From Candidatus Poseidoniales archaeon (GTDB lineage Archaea; Thermoplasmatota; Poseidoniia; Poseidoniales; Thalassarchaeaceae), in the NCBI GenBank assembly GCA_012964335.1, contig DTUF01000032.1:17513-81512 (forward strand): 64,000 nt of DNA. The letters are read 5' to 3'. The translations under genes and the position numbers were made by a program. How positions within the stretch are numbered: position 1 is the stretch's first letter; every line of letters begins with the position of its first letter. Below are positions 63,556-64,000 of this stretch, in pieces. Under the pieces are notes generated by a model that did not search any database, had not been told where the DNA came from, and was given only the letters and a program-made list of their open reading frames with translations.

Positions 63556-64000
63556 CTTTTTCACCAAACCCCCAGACTTTCATTAATGCATTTGACAGGT
63601 TGAGATAATCCTGCCCACCAGCACTCTTTGGGGCGTGAATGTGAATTGGCGTCCCATGACTTGGAGCTTCAGCCAAACGAATGTTTCTCCTGATTGGTGG
63701 GTCTAATACTAGGTCCGGGAAAGTCTCCCGCACTTGTGCTGCAACCTGCCCGTTCAACAAGGTTGGAGCGTGCATTGTCAACAATACTGCATCCACACCT
63801 AACCGGGGATTGAGGCGATGGCGAATTTCACGAATCGTTGAGGCGAGGAGCGCTAATCCTTCTAAAGCGAAATACTCGGTTTGAACTGGAATAACTACTG
63901 AGTCCGAAGCAACTAGTGCATTGATGCTGACAAGTCCGAGTGAAGGAGGAGTATCAATGAGAATCAAATCGTAGTGCGGCAGGAGTGCCTCCAAACCTTC
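63548..64000 (-). CDS. ParA/Soj-family ATPase, C-terminal part (gene continues beyond the window end)
   Basis: ILIDTPPSLGLVSINALVASDSVVIPVQTEYFALEGLALL...RLNPRLGVDAVLLTM...IRLAEAPSHGTPI. The frame is open to position 64000. Confidence 0.88.
   Translation of the reverse strand, partial: EGLEALLPHYDLILIDTPPSLGLVSINALVASDSVVIPVQTEYFALEGLALLASTIREIRHRLNPRLGVDAVLLTMHAPTLLNGQVAAQVRETFPDLVLDPPIRRNIRLAEAPSHGTPIHIHAPKSAGGQDYLNLSNALMKVWGFGEKDE

Overview
Archaeal chromosomal segment with about 50 protein genes and 2 tRNAs. I found no rRNA, CRISPR array, transposase or integrase. The archaeal assignment rests on ribosomal proteins L7Ae/S28e/L24e/S8e/S10, EF-1alpha, aIF5B, SRP19, family-B DNA polymerase, a GINS-like protein, deoxyhypusine synthase, geranylgeranyl reductase and a PGF-CTERM sorting signal. 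Bacterial-type genes are mixed in (uvrB, ccmF, two parA/soj, pepC, methylcrotonyl-CoA carboxylase). This gene mix and the moderate AT-richness suggest a planktonic euryarchaeote of the Marine Group II/Poseidoniales type, which is inference only. The layout has three housekeeping or metabolic blocks and two accessory-looking blocks. Housekeeping and metabolic blocks: (i) 0-18.5 kb covers leucine catabolism, FKBP, CcmF, GGR, UbiD/UbiA, SDR, UvrB, RimK, DHS and an aminotransferase. (ii) 19.7-25.3 kb covers tRNA-Ile, prs, rpl7ae-rps28e-rpl24e-ndk-aIF5B and MoxR. (iii) 42.7-53.2 kb covers GINS-like, rps10-tuf, PolB, ilvE, SRP19-rps8e, ACT, FAH and PUA. Accessory-looking blocks: (a) 25.4-42.6 kb holds ParA, a small RHH/PIN-like pair and a beta-propeller/thrombospondin-type-3 surface protein. 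It also holds an 866-aa Glu/Arg-rich helical rod protein, a triple zinc-ribbon protein, an ArsR-like regulator, a P1B metal ATPase, tRNA-Leu and a 2104-aa surface glycoprotein. (b) 53.1-60.9 kb holds two tandemly duplicated secreted proteins with collagen-like G-X-Y tracts and ELW-type propeller repeats, an M28 lipoprotein peptidase and a PGF-CTERM protein. The duplicated genes are visibly GC3-enriched, and a relic of the neighbouring PUA gene marks the duplication junction. A second parA, translationally coupled to a gene carrying only a ParB-like N-terminal peptide, lies at the 3' edge. The most notable non-coding element is a 587-bp AT-rich, repeat-dense divergent intergenic region at 18.5-19.1 kb. 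All functional calls come from motif recognition by eye, and no database search was run.
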